From: Microbotryum violaceum
Taxonomy: Eukaryota
Reading direction: 5' to 3'
Assembly: GCA_001244265.2 (NCBI GenBank)
Contig: CDLV01000011.1
Location: 248,001 to 312,000, forward strand
Length of the DNA stretch: 64,000 nt
A program made the translations under genes and the position numbers. Within the stretch, counting starts at the first letter, position 1, and each line of letters starts with the position of its first letter. Positions 1 to 10,991 of the stretch are shown piece after piece. The notes beneath the pieces are model-generated. The model was not told the origin of the DNA. It did not search any database and saw only the letters and a list, made by a program, of their open reading frames with translations.

Positions 1-844
1 GCGTCAGTTCTCCGGTTCATCCGAGTCTGCCACCTCTCTTCCCACAATACACTTCAATCAAGCTGATCGAAGTCTTTTTCTCATGATTACTGCTCCCGTA
101 GTCTATCGACGCCAAAAAAGGCTCACTCACACCAGTCGGTCAAGTGTTCGTCTCGTAGCGTCCTATTCGCCCGCGCTTGCTTGAGGAGCTGACACCACCG
201 CCGTGAGTTTTTTTTTTTGCGCACAGAGCGCTGGGACGCCCGTGGACCAAAACCGCTCGCACAGCGTTCCTATCATGCGAGTTATCTAAGGGTGAGTCAT
301 AAAGAAGTGCTCCTCCCATCCGGTAGCAAGCTAGCGAGATGGATGCCCGATCAATCCTGTACTTACAGGGAATTGACACTGCCGTTTCGCCGTTACAGTG
401 ATCATTCCGACCGGTTTCAGCGTATGGTGGAACAGCGATCCACGACTAAGCAGTGAAACCTCCTTAGCCGAGTACAACTCTAAAGGCCCCGGTGGAACTA
501 CGAGCGGTCGCAAAGTGGTACAACGTCAAGGCGAGGTCGATTCCAACCATCTCTCGTACATCTTGGACGAAGAGCGTGCCAAGCAGTTCAACATCAATAC
601 GGTCTTCGCCCCGACTGGAGGCACGGGTTTCATCGACTTTGACTACAAGTACACAGCTGCTCAGGCCCAAGAAGTTCCGGATATGTCCCCAATCGCTAAA
701 TCGACTTCCGGAACTCAGACACAACGTCACGACGCGGGCGGCCATGTCTTGCCGAAGGGAAGAAGTGGACTGCGGCGTGGAAGCTCCCGTTCGCATGGTA
801 GAAGGAAGACCCACCACCGGAGCCACCCCCCTTCCAAGCACTGA
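1..844 (+). CDS. Pectin methylesterase (CE8), 3' exons only; gene starts upstream of the window
   Basis: Exon ~227-291 reads ALGRPWTKTARTAFL (CE8 LGRPW motif). Last exon VIIPTGFSVW...LAEYNSKGPG is clearly paralogous to 3333-3977. GT..AG introns; basic C-terminal tail; stop at 844. Confidence 0.8.
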
Positions 845-1705
845 AGTAATGATGAAGAGTTGTAGACTGTGAGAACGATCCATGAAGACGGCTCTGGCTT
901 TATCGGTGTAGGACACGATCTCGCACCGACGGCTTCAAGTTCTGGCTCCCTGTTTCTCCTGTCTCCCTTTAGTGTCATTCATGACATATCTATCTAGACC
1001 CTCAGAGTAATCCTTCCGTCCACGTTGTTTTAAGTATTCTAAGTCATAAAATGCAGAGCGCTGTGCGCCGACGCTCCCCTTTTTTCTCCACTCCTATCTC
1101 CTCCTGGCCTGCATTTTGATCACCAGCGAGAATTACAAATACAGAGCCACTGATCTCGAGACGAGAGATCACGCCATCGTTCTGAAACAGTATGTTGAGT
1201 TTGAGGAGGTCGCGGAGGTACAAGTGCATGGAGCGTCTCCGATCTCGCGCTAATTTCGGGTGTTGAAGCGGTTACATAGTGTAAAATATGCGCCGTTGCT
1301 GTGCATAATCACTCTGTCGTTTTTGACCACCAGACAAAAATCAAGTCGAAACTACAATTCCCCAATCTAAGTTCCTCTGAGGCTGCTTATAAAACCGTCC
1401 TGCAAGGCGTCCCTTGCAGCTACTAGGACTTGCTTTTATTCCCGCCGATCGACGACGAACCGGCGATACCGGATGGCCGCCTCCAAAGTCCGTGTCCATC
1501 TTCGATTCATGAGTGGAAGCTACACTCGTACCGTTGCAAGATCACCGCGTGCGTGTTGGCCAATGCGCAGATGAAACCGATCTGGGCGGCATGCACCGCC
1601 CACTCAGGAAAGGAGCGCCGGACGGGTCCTTCCAGGGTGAAACACCAACTGACTGAGGTGCCCAGTCCCTCCCAATCCTCGCCGGGATGTTACCGGTATC
1701 GTGAA

Positions 1706-1791
1706 TCTCACCGGTCTCCCATCTTTTACTCTCATCGCTCTCCCATCTTTTACTCTCATCGCTCTCCCATCTTTTACTCTCATCGCTCTCC
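1706..1791 (+). repeat. 24-bp tandem repeat (~3.6 copies) in the 5' UTR of the second pectin methylesterase
   Basis: TCTCATCGCTCTCCCATCTTTTAC repeated directly. Confidence 0.9.
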
Positions 1792-1828
1792 CGCTATCTT
1801 CTCCACTTTATTTATCGTGTCCATCACG

Positions 1829-3977
1829 ATGGTGCAGGTCCACCACCGTCCCACAGGCATCAAGCGGCTCTTCTGTTGGGTCCTCGTTTTGCAACTAGCG
1901 TCGCTTTCGGCCTTCGCCGCGCTCGACACCGCTAAGCGCGAGGCGTGTCAGGTGTTCACCAACTCGCCAGATCTCTCGAAATGTCCCGTTGATACTATCT
2001 ACGTTTCTGCGAGGGACCCCAAGGCCAAGTTCAAGAGTATCCAACAGGCCATCAATTACCTCAAAGCGACAACCGCTAACACCCCTGCCACAATCTTGAT
2101 CGGGTCTGGCGTGTATCAGGAGCAACTCGTCGTTGATGGTACGTGGCCCGTGGGGAACTTATGACCTCCTGTTATGGGAAGAGCATGGAATCTTGCTGAC
2201 GATCGAACAAACCCTCGGATCGAACAAACCCTCGGATCGAACAAACCTTTCCTCCTATCCTGAACCTCTTAAAGGCTTCGCATCGATCACTCTTCTGGTC
2301 AGTTGTGAGATGAAGTTCGCGTAGGGGGTTGTTCCGCGTTTGGACAGTCTCCTCTCTTTTCTCGGCCAGGCTGACGCGGTCGGTCGCTCGATCCATCAAC
2401 TTTAGGGTCAAACCACTAGTCCCCGCAGCTCCTACGCACACAACACCGTCGACATCAACCACAATCGTGTACTACAAAAGTCAGACGGGTACCAAAACTG
2501 GTTGACCTCTACATTGTTGGTGAACGGGTGCGCCGACTTCAAGGCGTACAACCTAAACCTGCGCCAAACGGCGCCGGTGGGGATCGCCCTCGCCGTCGCG
2601 GTCATGTCGTCCTCGGGGAGTTTCTATGCGTGTGCCATAGAAGGATATCAAGACACCTTGTTCCTTGGCCCGAACAAAACGCGTGGGTACCTCTACGGTT
2701 GCTACGTCTCAGGCGTGGTCGACTTTATCTATGGTTGGGCGACCCTCGTCGTCAAGGACAGCCAGATCATGCTATTAGGTGAGGGGACCGCTTATGTGGC
2801 ATGGAGAGGCGCAGAAACCACAACGAGCGGCGCGTACGTACCTCATCAGTTCAAACACCGGATCAGCGCCGAGCTTGAACTTATGCTATCATCATTATCA
2901 CTTTTACTTCAATCTATCAGCTACTTCTTCGGGTCCACCTTTGACGCAGTAAGTGAAAAAACCTGCGAGCGAAAGTCTGATCATCCTGACTCATCCTGCT
3001 GCCCGCGATCGCGATCACCAACACATCGGGTCAGGCTCAAAATTCCTTTGGGAAGATCTATCCCAGAACGGTGTAGGTTTCTCCGTTGTCCATAGCTCTG
3101 CGGAAGCCTCAATAGGCTTGCGGATCGCCGGGAGAAGTCGACATTGACCCCCGCCTCCCCCCCCTCTATGTTTGTTTGTTCTCTTCAGGGCCGTTGGCCG
3201 AGCGTGGAACGACAAGGCTCGCATCGTCATCCTGGACTGTTACTTGGGATCAAGTAAGCAACGATAGACTCTGGCGAAGAAAGCCCGCCGGCAGTTACAG
3301 GATCATGACCAATGAAGGGGTCTATTCCCACAGTGATCGTACCTGGGATCTTCGCCCCTTGGTCGTATAACCCGAAGGATACTCGTCTGTCGAACGAAGT
3401 CTTCTTTGGCGAATATAACTCGCAAGGACCCGGTTCCGAGGCCAAGAGCAAGATCGTCGACAGTAGAACCGGGAAAGTCGATGTCGATCACCTGTTGCAC
3501 GTGCTTGATACGAAGTCCGCGGCGCCGTACTATTCGCTCTCGACAATCTTCGGCCAAGATATTTTATGGATCGACGGCAACTTCAACGTCAAGGCTGTGA
3601 GCCTTGCATCAGGAGGGGTTGGGGGATCTTCGACTCCCGGTGCACTGGCGGCGGCGCCTGCTTTGGCCGCCAGTCTTCCCCCGCCGGCGCCCAGTGCAGG
3701 CAAGGGTACCCCGCTGACAAAGCAAGACCCGAAGAAGCCAACGCAAGACCCGAAGAAGACAGAGCACAACCCGACGAAGCAAAAGTCAAAGCACCACTCC
3801 CACCCCAAGAGGAAGAAGAAGGCCACGTCGACGAAGCCTCAAGTTGATAGCGGCGCCGGTGCCAGCAGCAACCACGTGTCCGGCGGCAGACCGAACTTGG
3901 CTTCTTTGCCAAAGAAGCGAGGCCACGGCTCCGGTGGTCATCCCCACCACCATCATCATCATCATCATCATGGCTGA
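1829..3977 (+). CDS. Secreted pectin methylesterase (CE8), multi-exon, with Pro/Lys/His-rich C-terminal tail
   Basis: Signal-peptide-like N-terminus (LFCWVLVLQLASLSAFA). CE8 motifs FKSIQQAI, GVYQEQL, GYQDTL, VDFIYG, VGRAW, FGEYNSQGPG. Several GT..AG introns. Confidence 0.9.
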
Positions 3978-4423
3978 AAGCACCATCACTAAAATCCCCC
4001 GCAGCGAAGCTAGGCCCCGACTTCGACAAGCAAGTTTTCGGCACCCTCCGCCAGTGCAAGTTGCCGCTCTTCGTAGAATCCAGTCCACCGATACTTTCCG
4101 TATCCAGTCCACCAATACTTTCCGGTCTACATCTTTATTTTTTCCTTCGCCCGCGACCGAACTTTTCCCTCGCTGACTCTGAAACCCCTATTATTTCCTT
4201 TGGCCGTGCCTCGGGACATTCGCTCATCATTTCGTCTCACCGATCCTTTCTTGATCTTTCACACTCACGCTTTTGTCGTAAAGGGCTTCCTAGCGCGTGC
4301 TGATGCAAGTTGATCTTGATCCACTCTATCATTATTTCATCTAATAGCTCAATGACAGCATACATTTATCTATGCCTAGAAATCTTTGGCGAGATCGGAG
4401 GAGATGCATTTAGGCACATCGGC

Positions 4424-5617
4424 TTTTTTGTTGTTTTTGACTCGGGCTCATAAATTGCAATCCTTCGGGTTGGCTGGGACCGCTACAAAAAGAGCTAAAG
4501 CAGGTTATAAAGCAACGACGGCAAGCAGTTGGGTGAAAGTCAAACCCCTGCGCGCAAAGAGCGCTGCGCAGATCAAAACCCGCCGAGCACCTAACGCGGA
4601 CTCCAACGGGCGGTGAGTACTGCTGCCGCTTCACGTCCCAAGAGCGGGAGCAAAGATACTCGAAAACCAGGCAAGAGCGCCTAGAGAAAGAAGGGGGAGA
4701 GTATACAGAAAGTCACGACTGGGGATACGGAGAACCAGGAATACTAAGACAGAGAGGAGGGGAACACACCCGAGGGGCCAAGGTAGGGGGTCGAAGCCGG
4801 AGGTAGAGGTCCCCAGGGACTAACAGGCCGCAGCCAAGCCCCAGCTACTCGTCACCCCGACAGCGCCTGATGTCCTCCCTTGGCTGAATCTCGAGTGCTG
4901 GCTGTTGAGCCGTCGGGGCCGAGAGAAAAGCGATCCAGTACAACGAAACGAGCCTCGCCTTGACGCGAGGATATTGACCAGAAACGAGCGACCTTCCTTC
5001 CCGAGCCATGCCGTAGATCTTGACCAACGCGAACGAACGAACCATTCAACGGAATCCAACACACGGCTTAGGAGTAAAAGGAGAAGTGGCTGAAGCGTAG
5101 TCAACAACCGAGCAACAGGAACGAGAAGAGGAAGGGAAGGGAAAAAAGGGGGGAAAGGAGAGGGAAAAACTTCACAAAGCCTCCAACGCAAAGACAATCG
5201 ACCTGGCTTGCCGATCCATCCAAGAACAAAAAACCGCTACTGCGCAAAGTAGAGAGAGAGAGGGAGAGGTGCGCAGCCTTCCATTAACTCGGTCATCACA
5301 CCTCCCAATCTCGAGCCCCAGGCACAAAACCCGCTCGAGAGAGAAAATCTCGCTCAAACGCTCTGAGTGCACTGGGGAGCGAGGGAGGGGCCACGACCTT
5401 GTCCAGCTCGAACCGCTGATGAACGCGCCAGCGGAGCAGGTGCAGCCGCTGGAAGCCGATCGCGCAAGCCAGCCGAACCCACATCCACTCGGGAAGAGAA
5501 CTCACTTGTGCGGCTAGGCCAGTAGTTCAGGGCTCCTTCCCTTTTGGAGAAAGGATCAATTACTTGTATTGTCATTACCGGAGCGCTTAGCCGCGAAAAA
5601 GAAAGGAAAGAAATTGA
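4424..5617 (-). mobile_element. Putative non-autonomous retroposed element (~1.2 kb, non-coding)
   Basis: On the minus strand it ends in AAAAACAACAAAAAA (4424-4438), is strongly A-poor, has no credible ORF, and starts with a pyrimidine tract plus a multibranch hairpin abutting a tRNA fragment. No TSD seen. Confidence 0.4.
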
Positions 5618-5654
5618 GGGCGCAGGTTCGAATCCTGCCGCAATCGAACTTTTT
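5618..5654 (+). pseudogene. 3' fragment of a tRNA gene, probably tRNA-Ser, with Pol III terminator
   Basis: T-arm GCAGG-TTCGAAT-CCTGC (5622-5638), acceptor 3' strand CGCAATC, discriminator G (5646), then a T run. The matching 5' half (GATTGCG...) is not seen upstream. Confidence 0.75.
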
Positions 5655-5817
5655 GTCTGGTCGACGGTCATCGCCCTTCTCAAAGGGAAGTAGCGGTTGG
5701 GCTGATTCGTCTCGTGTCTATCATGCGTATACGCATTTCTTTTTCAACACGGTGCGCTCATTCATCATTTCAAAATCACCGTGATTTGGCCGACTTGAAA
5801 AAGGAAACTCCTATTGG

Positions 5818-7248
5818 ATGGACAACAACAACAACACCAACAACGCCAGCCATGCTGCTATACCACCTCTTCGCCCTGACCCTCCCGATCCTCCCGGCCA
5901 AGCCCCCGCCACCACCACCAAATCATACTCCGCCGCGGTCGGCGCCCGCTCCGCTGCGAAGCACGGAAACGCCACCGCCAACGCCTCGACTGCCGTCGCC
6001 GCCCATCCACTGATGCACAACATCGAGAATTGTGTCATCATCAACATCCCACCCTCAACCTCGGTCGAGCAAGTCCTCCTCGCGCTTGACAAATACTACC
6101 CTGGCCTTACCGGCGCAATGCCATGCGTCATCAAGGGTCAGCGCGGCCTCCGCTTTCCCAAGGCCGCCGATCTCGACACCCTGGTGGCCAACGGCCTCAC
6201 TGTTGGCAAGACTCTGTGCAAATTCGAGAAGCTGTACAGCTCTACTAGAGGAGGTGTTGTACAATGCACCCTTACGGGCTTATTCTCCGACCCCGAGGGC
6301 CTCTGCCTATTCGATGAGCAGATCGCTGCCTATGGCACGGTCCTCCATCGTCGCATCCAATACATTGGAAAGACGAAACACATCTCTGGGGTGTACGACT
6401 TTATCCTTGCCCTTAAGGATGTAGATGTTTTGCCCCCTGCCTCACTTTCTATTGCTCGTGACGGTGTCACTGAGCGAATCCCACTGAGGATCACCGGTGG
6501 CATGCGCCACTGCGTCTTCTGCCGTTCCGCGGCTCACGTCCGTAAGGTTTGCCCCGTCGCCCCGGCGTGCAAGTCCTGCGCGAGCACCTCGCACGCCACC
6601 CAGCACTGCCCGGCCCGTCATGCGTCGAGCCCCAGGGACCCCACGTCACGTGCCCCGCAAGCCTCCACCGTTACCACCGCCGCCCCCGCCGCCGTGTCCA
6701 AGTCGATCTCCCCGGCCTCCGCCCACAACCGCATGACCAACAAACGTCAAGTGGAACAGGATCTGGCAGCCCAGACTGAAGGTCTGCCCAACAGAGCCCA
6801 GCCTGATTCTCTGTCAAAGAATGCCCGCCCCGAGTTCTCCTTCAATTTCCCTTGCAAAACTGTCACTCCTCCTGCCCCCCAGCCTGCCTCCAATCAGGGA
6901 ATTGCCTACTCCCTCGTTGAAAAATCCTCCGAGTCCCCCAGCTCAGAGACCACCTCTCCATCCCCAAGCCCTCCTCCGGCCACGCCAAAGTCGATCATAA
7001 CTCAATCCAAGTCGATTGCCGCCCTCTCCAAGCCAGCCACTCGTGAAGCCCCTCCCACTGTGCCTGCCCTCGAAGCCTCCGAGCCGAGCCCCGAGCCGTC
7101 TTTGCCCACGCCGTTGCCCTCAGCCGCGCCCAAAGCCCGACCCGATGACGCCGACACCGACGACGAGGCCGACGAAGAAGCCGAAGACCAAGAAGCACCT
7201 CCTAAGGACGTGGAAGACGCTATGGACCAAGATGATGAGCACAATTAA
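5818..7248 (+). CDS. LINE ORF1 (gag-like nucleic-acid binding protein)
   Basis: Intronless 476-aa ORF with two CCHC knuckles (CVFCRSAAHVRKVC, CKSCASTSHATQHC), SYSAAV motif and acidic C-terminus; overlaps the ORF2 start. Confidence 0.88.
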   Translation: MDNNNNTNNASHAAIPPLRPDPPDPPGQAPATTTKSYSAAVGARSAAKHGNATANASTAVAAHPLMHNIENCVIINIPPSTSVEQVLLALDKYYPGLTGAMPCVIKGQRGLRFPKAADLDTLVANGLTVGKTLCKFEKLYSSTRGGVVQCTLTGLFSDPEGLCLFDEQIAAYGTVLHRRIQYIGKTKHISGVYDFILALKDVDVLPPASLSIARDGVTERIPLRITGGMRHCVFCRSAAHVRKVCPVAPACKSCASTSHATQHCPARHASSPRDPTSRAPQASTVTTAAPAAVSKSISPASAHNRMTNKRQVEQDLAAQTEGLPNRAQPDSLSKNARPEFSFNFPCKTVTPPAPQPASNQGIAYSLVEKSSESPSSETTSPSPSPPPATPKSIITQSKSIAALSKPATREAPPTVPALEASEPSPEPSLPTPLPSAAPKARPDDADTDDEADEEAEDQEAPPKDVEDAMDQDDEHN

Positions 7249-10200
7249 AATCCCAAACGTGTCTTTTGTTGCTGCCAACGTGCAGTCAATCAATGAAGAC
7301 CGTAAGCGTGCCTCTCTTTTCTCCAATCTCCGCTCCCATAACGCCGACGTCTTTCTCCTGAGCGAAACTGGCCGACCTTCCCCGAAAGGGTGGCCCAGTG
7401 GACTCAGGAGTGCCAAGACTTAAAGCTCTCCTCTCTTTTCACTCCTTTCAACAACACTGCCATACTTTGGAAGAGCGACTCCGTGGTCATTACTTTTGAT
7501 CCCGAGTCGCCTCCAAACACTCTTCGTGCCTCTTTCTCTTTCCCGGACCGAGTCACCAACGCCACCTTTTGTGTGGGTGATTCAAAAGTCCGGGTTGTAT
7601 CAATATACGCGCCTTCCTCCGACAAGCCAGACAAAAAACGCTTCCTCTCACACCTCAGCACCGCCCTCCGACAAGTTGTACGTGACGAACCCTCGCCGCC
7701 TGCGCTCCTAGTCGGGGGGACTGGAATTGTGTTGAGTCCCAGCCCCTCGATTCGGAGAACCAAAACGGAACGAATTATGGGGTCAGGAGATGCGCGACCT
7801 TGCCACGGCCAACAATCTTTTCGACGCCTATCGGCTCCATCATCCCAAAGGACGAGCCACGACGAATCGCTCAGCGCCCGGCACGTGCCGTCGCCTTGAC
7901 CGCATCTATGTCTCACCTGATTGGGTCGACCTCTTCCATGATCACAAAAGTTGGGCTCCTGACCTCAAATCGACGCACTCAATGGTTGTGGCACGGTTCC
8001 AAGTGCCGGGCGTAATCGACATCGGTCCGGGCAAATTCAAGCTGGGTTTGCACGTGATCGAGGGCGACGCGACCTGCGAGTACCTCACCTCCATTGTCCG
8101 CACCCTTTACAACAAAGCCCTCCTCCAGACGCCCAAGGATCCACCAGCAGCTTGGACGTCCACCAAACACCGCCTGCTGCCCGAGCTGCAGGCTCTGGCC
8201 CGGACTTTCGCTCGGTTCCGTCGTGGCGGGTCGGAGCAAGAGAGGGCTGACCACTCGCGCTACGGCGCGGCCCTGCGGTCCCGCCTCGACCCATCTCTGG
8301 CGGGTCCCTCTTCCATCTTCATCCGCCTGCGCAAAGTGCGAGCATCCGACCTGATCCCTTCGCTCACGGTCAACGATGTTGTTCATTCCGACCCTGATTC
8401 GATGCTTGGAGCGGCCAGCAACTACTTCGAGCGGGTCTATGAGGACCGCCCCATCGATGACGCGGCCCTGAAGGCGATCATCGACGGCCTCGCTTCAACT
8501 CGCCTCTCCCCGCGGACTCACTCAAGCTCGAGGAAGCGTACCCGTTGGAGGAGATGACAAAGGCTCAAGCGGCGTTCCTCTGCGCCGTTGGCCTTGGCCC
8601 CAAAGCCCGCCAATGGTACCGAGCGACCTACACCAACCAATCTGCCTTGATCTTCCTCAACGGTTGGCTCTCTGCCACTTTCGACATCCTGTCGGGCGTT
8701 CGGCAAGGTGATCCTTTGGCTCCGTCTCTCTTCGTCCTGGCGATCGAAGGTTTTGCCTGTCAGATTCGATTGAGAGTCAAGGGCATCGATATTGCGGGCC
8801 TCCAAAACGTTCGCGAACTCCTTTTTGCCGACGACGCTTGCTGCGCACTCCACAACCTCTCGGACCTCGACCACCTCAATCGGGCGATCGAGCTTTACGA
8901 ACGGGCAAGTGCCAGCAAGCTCAGCAACGTCAAATCTTTCCTCTACCCCCTTGGAGCTTTTCGGGATCGGTCGATCGCCCCAGATCTCGGGACCTGGCGT
9001 CTCAAGCGATTCGCAGTTTCGCTACCTTGGTATTCAGGTCGGGGTGGAGATCGCCGAGGATGCGGGCTGGGAAGATGCCAAGGCCTCGACCATCGCTCGG
9101 ATACGCTCGATTCCAATGTACGATCTCCCATATGCAGCCAAGTGTTCGATCATCAACATCTACTGCTACACAAAGATCTTGTACTACAGCCGATTCCTTC
9201 CCGCCCCAAGAGCGTTGTAAAGGAGATCTTTTAGAACATCTGAGGCCCGAGGCACGAGGTACGTAAGTACGAGAGCCGAAGATGGTAGTAAAGATAGTTC
9301 GAGAAGAGAGAGAAGAGCCAAGTGCGCGCGCACTAGGGAGGCTAGAGGCGCGCGGCTAATATCAACAACTAGATACTAATCTATTCTAAGTGGGAGGAAA
9401 CAGTAATACCCTTTTGACAAGATCGAGGAGGCCGCCATGCTCGCCATTCACGGTCAAGCTTCGGATGGTACTCAGCGACGTCCGAAGGTCTCCCGGTCGC
9501 GCCTCTGCACCCCTCTTGATCACGGCGGCTTCGGTTTGATTGATCTGCCTCGGCGTCTAGCAATCGATCACGCGAAGTGGGTCTTCCAGCTCCGGGCCCC
9601 GGACGGCTGCTTCACACGCCACCTCTTCGACATCCGCATCCGCCTCCAGGTACCAAACGAACCAACCCCTTTCACCTTGTCCAGACCGGCCCCCAACCAG
9701 CATCGTTGCCCTTGGATTTGGATCTGGTGGGCTTACTTTTGCCATCCTCCCCAAAGTGGGACCATGCGGTGAGAAAAACGACAAAACTTCTTCCTGCTCG
9801 TTGGGTCCGATACTTCGAAGCCTGGGCGTTGGTGACCACGCTCAATCCCCCGGCACTCTCCAAGAGCCAGAACCTCGAGCAATGGGCGACGCACGTACTC
9901 TATTTCCCAGCGGGCCACGGAATACAACTCTCGGTAAACCCGACGCTTTTTCGAGGGCCCGATGGGGAGGTGATGACCCCGTCTTCGTTTGTGAACGCGT
10001 CCAAACGCCACCAAGTCTTCATCTTCCCCCTATCTTCCCCAAGGGACACCAGAAGGTATTCGATCTGCCTGAGCAACGCTGGAACGCTTGGTGGAAGGCT
10101 TTGCGCAAGGTTCGCCGGGTTCACTCGGACGCCGAGGATACCGGCCACCTTCTCTCCCTGGGGTCCCTCCATCCGGGAAGCCAAGTCGCCTCCCCAACCA

Positions 10201-10538
10201 GCCCACATCCCAACAATCGATCTACCTCCTGTGTGATGTGCCTCTCGGAAGCACTCGAGTGCCTGGTTCACCTCGCGGTCGGCTGCCCATTTGCCCGGCG
10301 CCTCTGGTCTGCTCTGTCCCCGACCCCCCACCCAGTCTTTGTGGACTTTGCATGCCCGGTCGTGTCTCGCTCGGAACGTCGACTTGTCGAACTACGAGTC
10401 CTCTTCTTTCACTCGATCTGGAAGCTCTGTCGCCGTCGTCGATTCTCGTCGGATCTTTTGGAACCGATCACCGAAACGGAGTTCGAGGGGCTTCGAGCCT
10501 CTATCCAGGAGTCCAAGGGTCGCCTAGTGTCTCTGTAA
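7232..10538 (+). pseudogene. LINE ORF2 (AP endonuclease, reverse transcriptase, C-terminal Zn finger), disrupted
   Basis: APE motifs NVQSIN, LLSET, SIYAPS, RLDRIYVS; RT motifs GVRQGDPLAP, LFADD, FRYLG, GGFGL; CVMC..HLAVGC finger. Several frameshifts, loss of N-terminal RT motifs near 8570, and a 191-bp insertion. Confidence 0.9.
9229..9419. mobile_element. Solo LTR (191 bp) inserted in LINE ORF2
   Basis: 5-bp target-site duplication AGATC at 9224-9228 and 9420-9424. Ends are TTTTAG...TTGACA (TG..CA with one substitution). Removing it restores the reading SVVKEIEEAAMLAIHG. Confidence 0.8.
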
Positions 10539-10991
10539 GACACCAAAGGGGGTTTTAGTGGGTATGGTTGATCCTGGTTCAGGGTCAATGAGTCCTACAC
10601 TACTGGCTTCTGCCAATGTGCGTAGCAGCATTCCCTCCGACTTTTCCGAAGATTTCTAGGTATTAATATAATTATGCTGTTAATGAAGTCTATCAAATAA
10701 ATAAATAAATAAAAAATACCCGACCCGGCGCACGCCGCCGAGAGCGCGTTTTGTAATGAGGAGGATCCGCGAAATAGAAAGAATTGGGACGTGTGCGAAA
10801 TCTGCCGAGGCGCGTTGACGTCCTCCGTTCGCGACTCTTGCTCGCTCCATCCACTTGGCACTCCCTTCTCGCCCTGCGGTCTCTTTAAGCGCGATCTTGA
10901 CTCTTTCTTCTGGTCCTGCACGTCGCTATCTCTTTCTCTCCGACTCGGTTCGTCGCCCAACAGATCTATTCCCCCACGCGACTCGTCAAGC

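Larger units (their letters stand above)
5700..10717 (+). mobile_element. L1/Tx1-clade non-LTR retrotransposon, near full length but inactive
   Basis: Gag-like ORF1 followed by APE-RT-zinc finger ORF2, 3' UTR and (AAAT)n/A-rich tail at ~10696-10717. 5' boundary approximate; no TSD identified. Confidence 0.9.

Noticed and set aside
1430-1828. N-terminal extension of the pectin methylesterase with SHRSPIFY repeats
   Set aside because: Arises from a 24-bp UTR tandem repeat upstream of the signal-peptide ATG at 1829.
4424-5600. Telomerase RNA, RNase P/MRP or snoRNA
   Set aside because: No CTAACCCT-type template or convincing P4 motif; a lone GTGATGA lacks a suitably placed D box and terminal stem.
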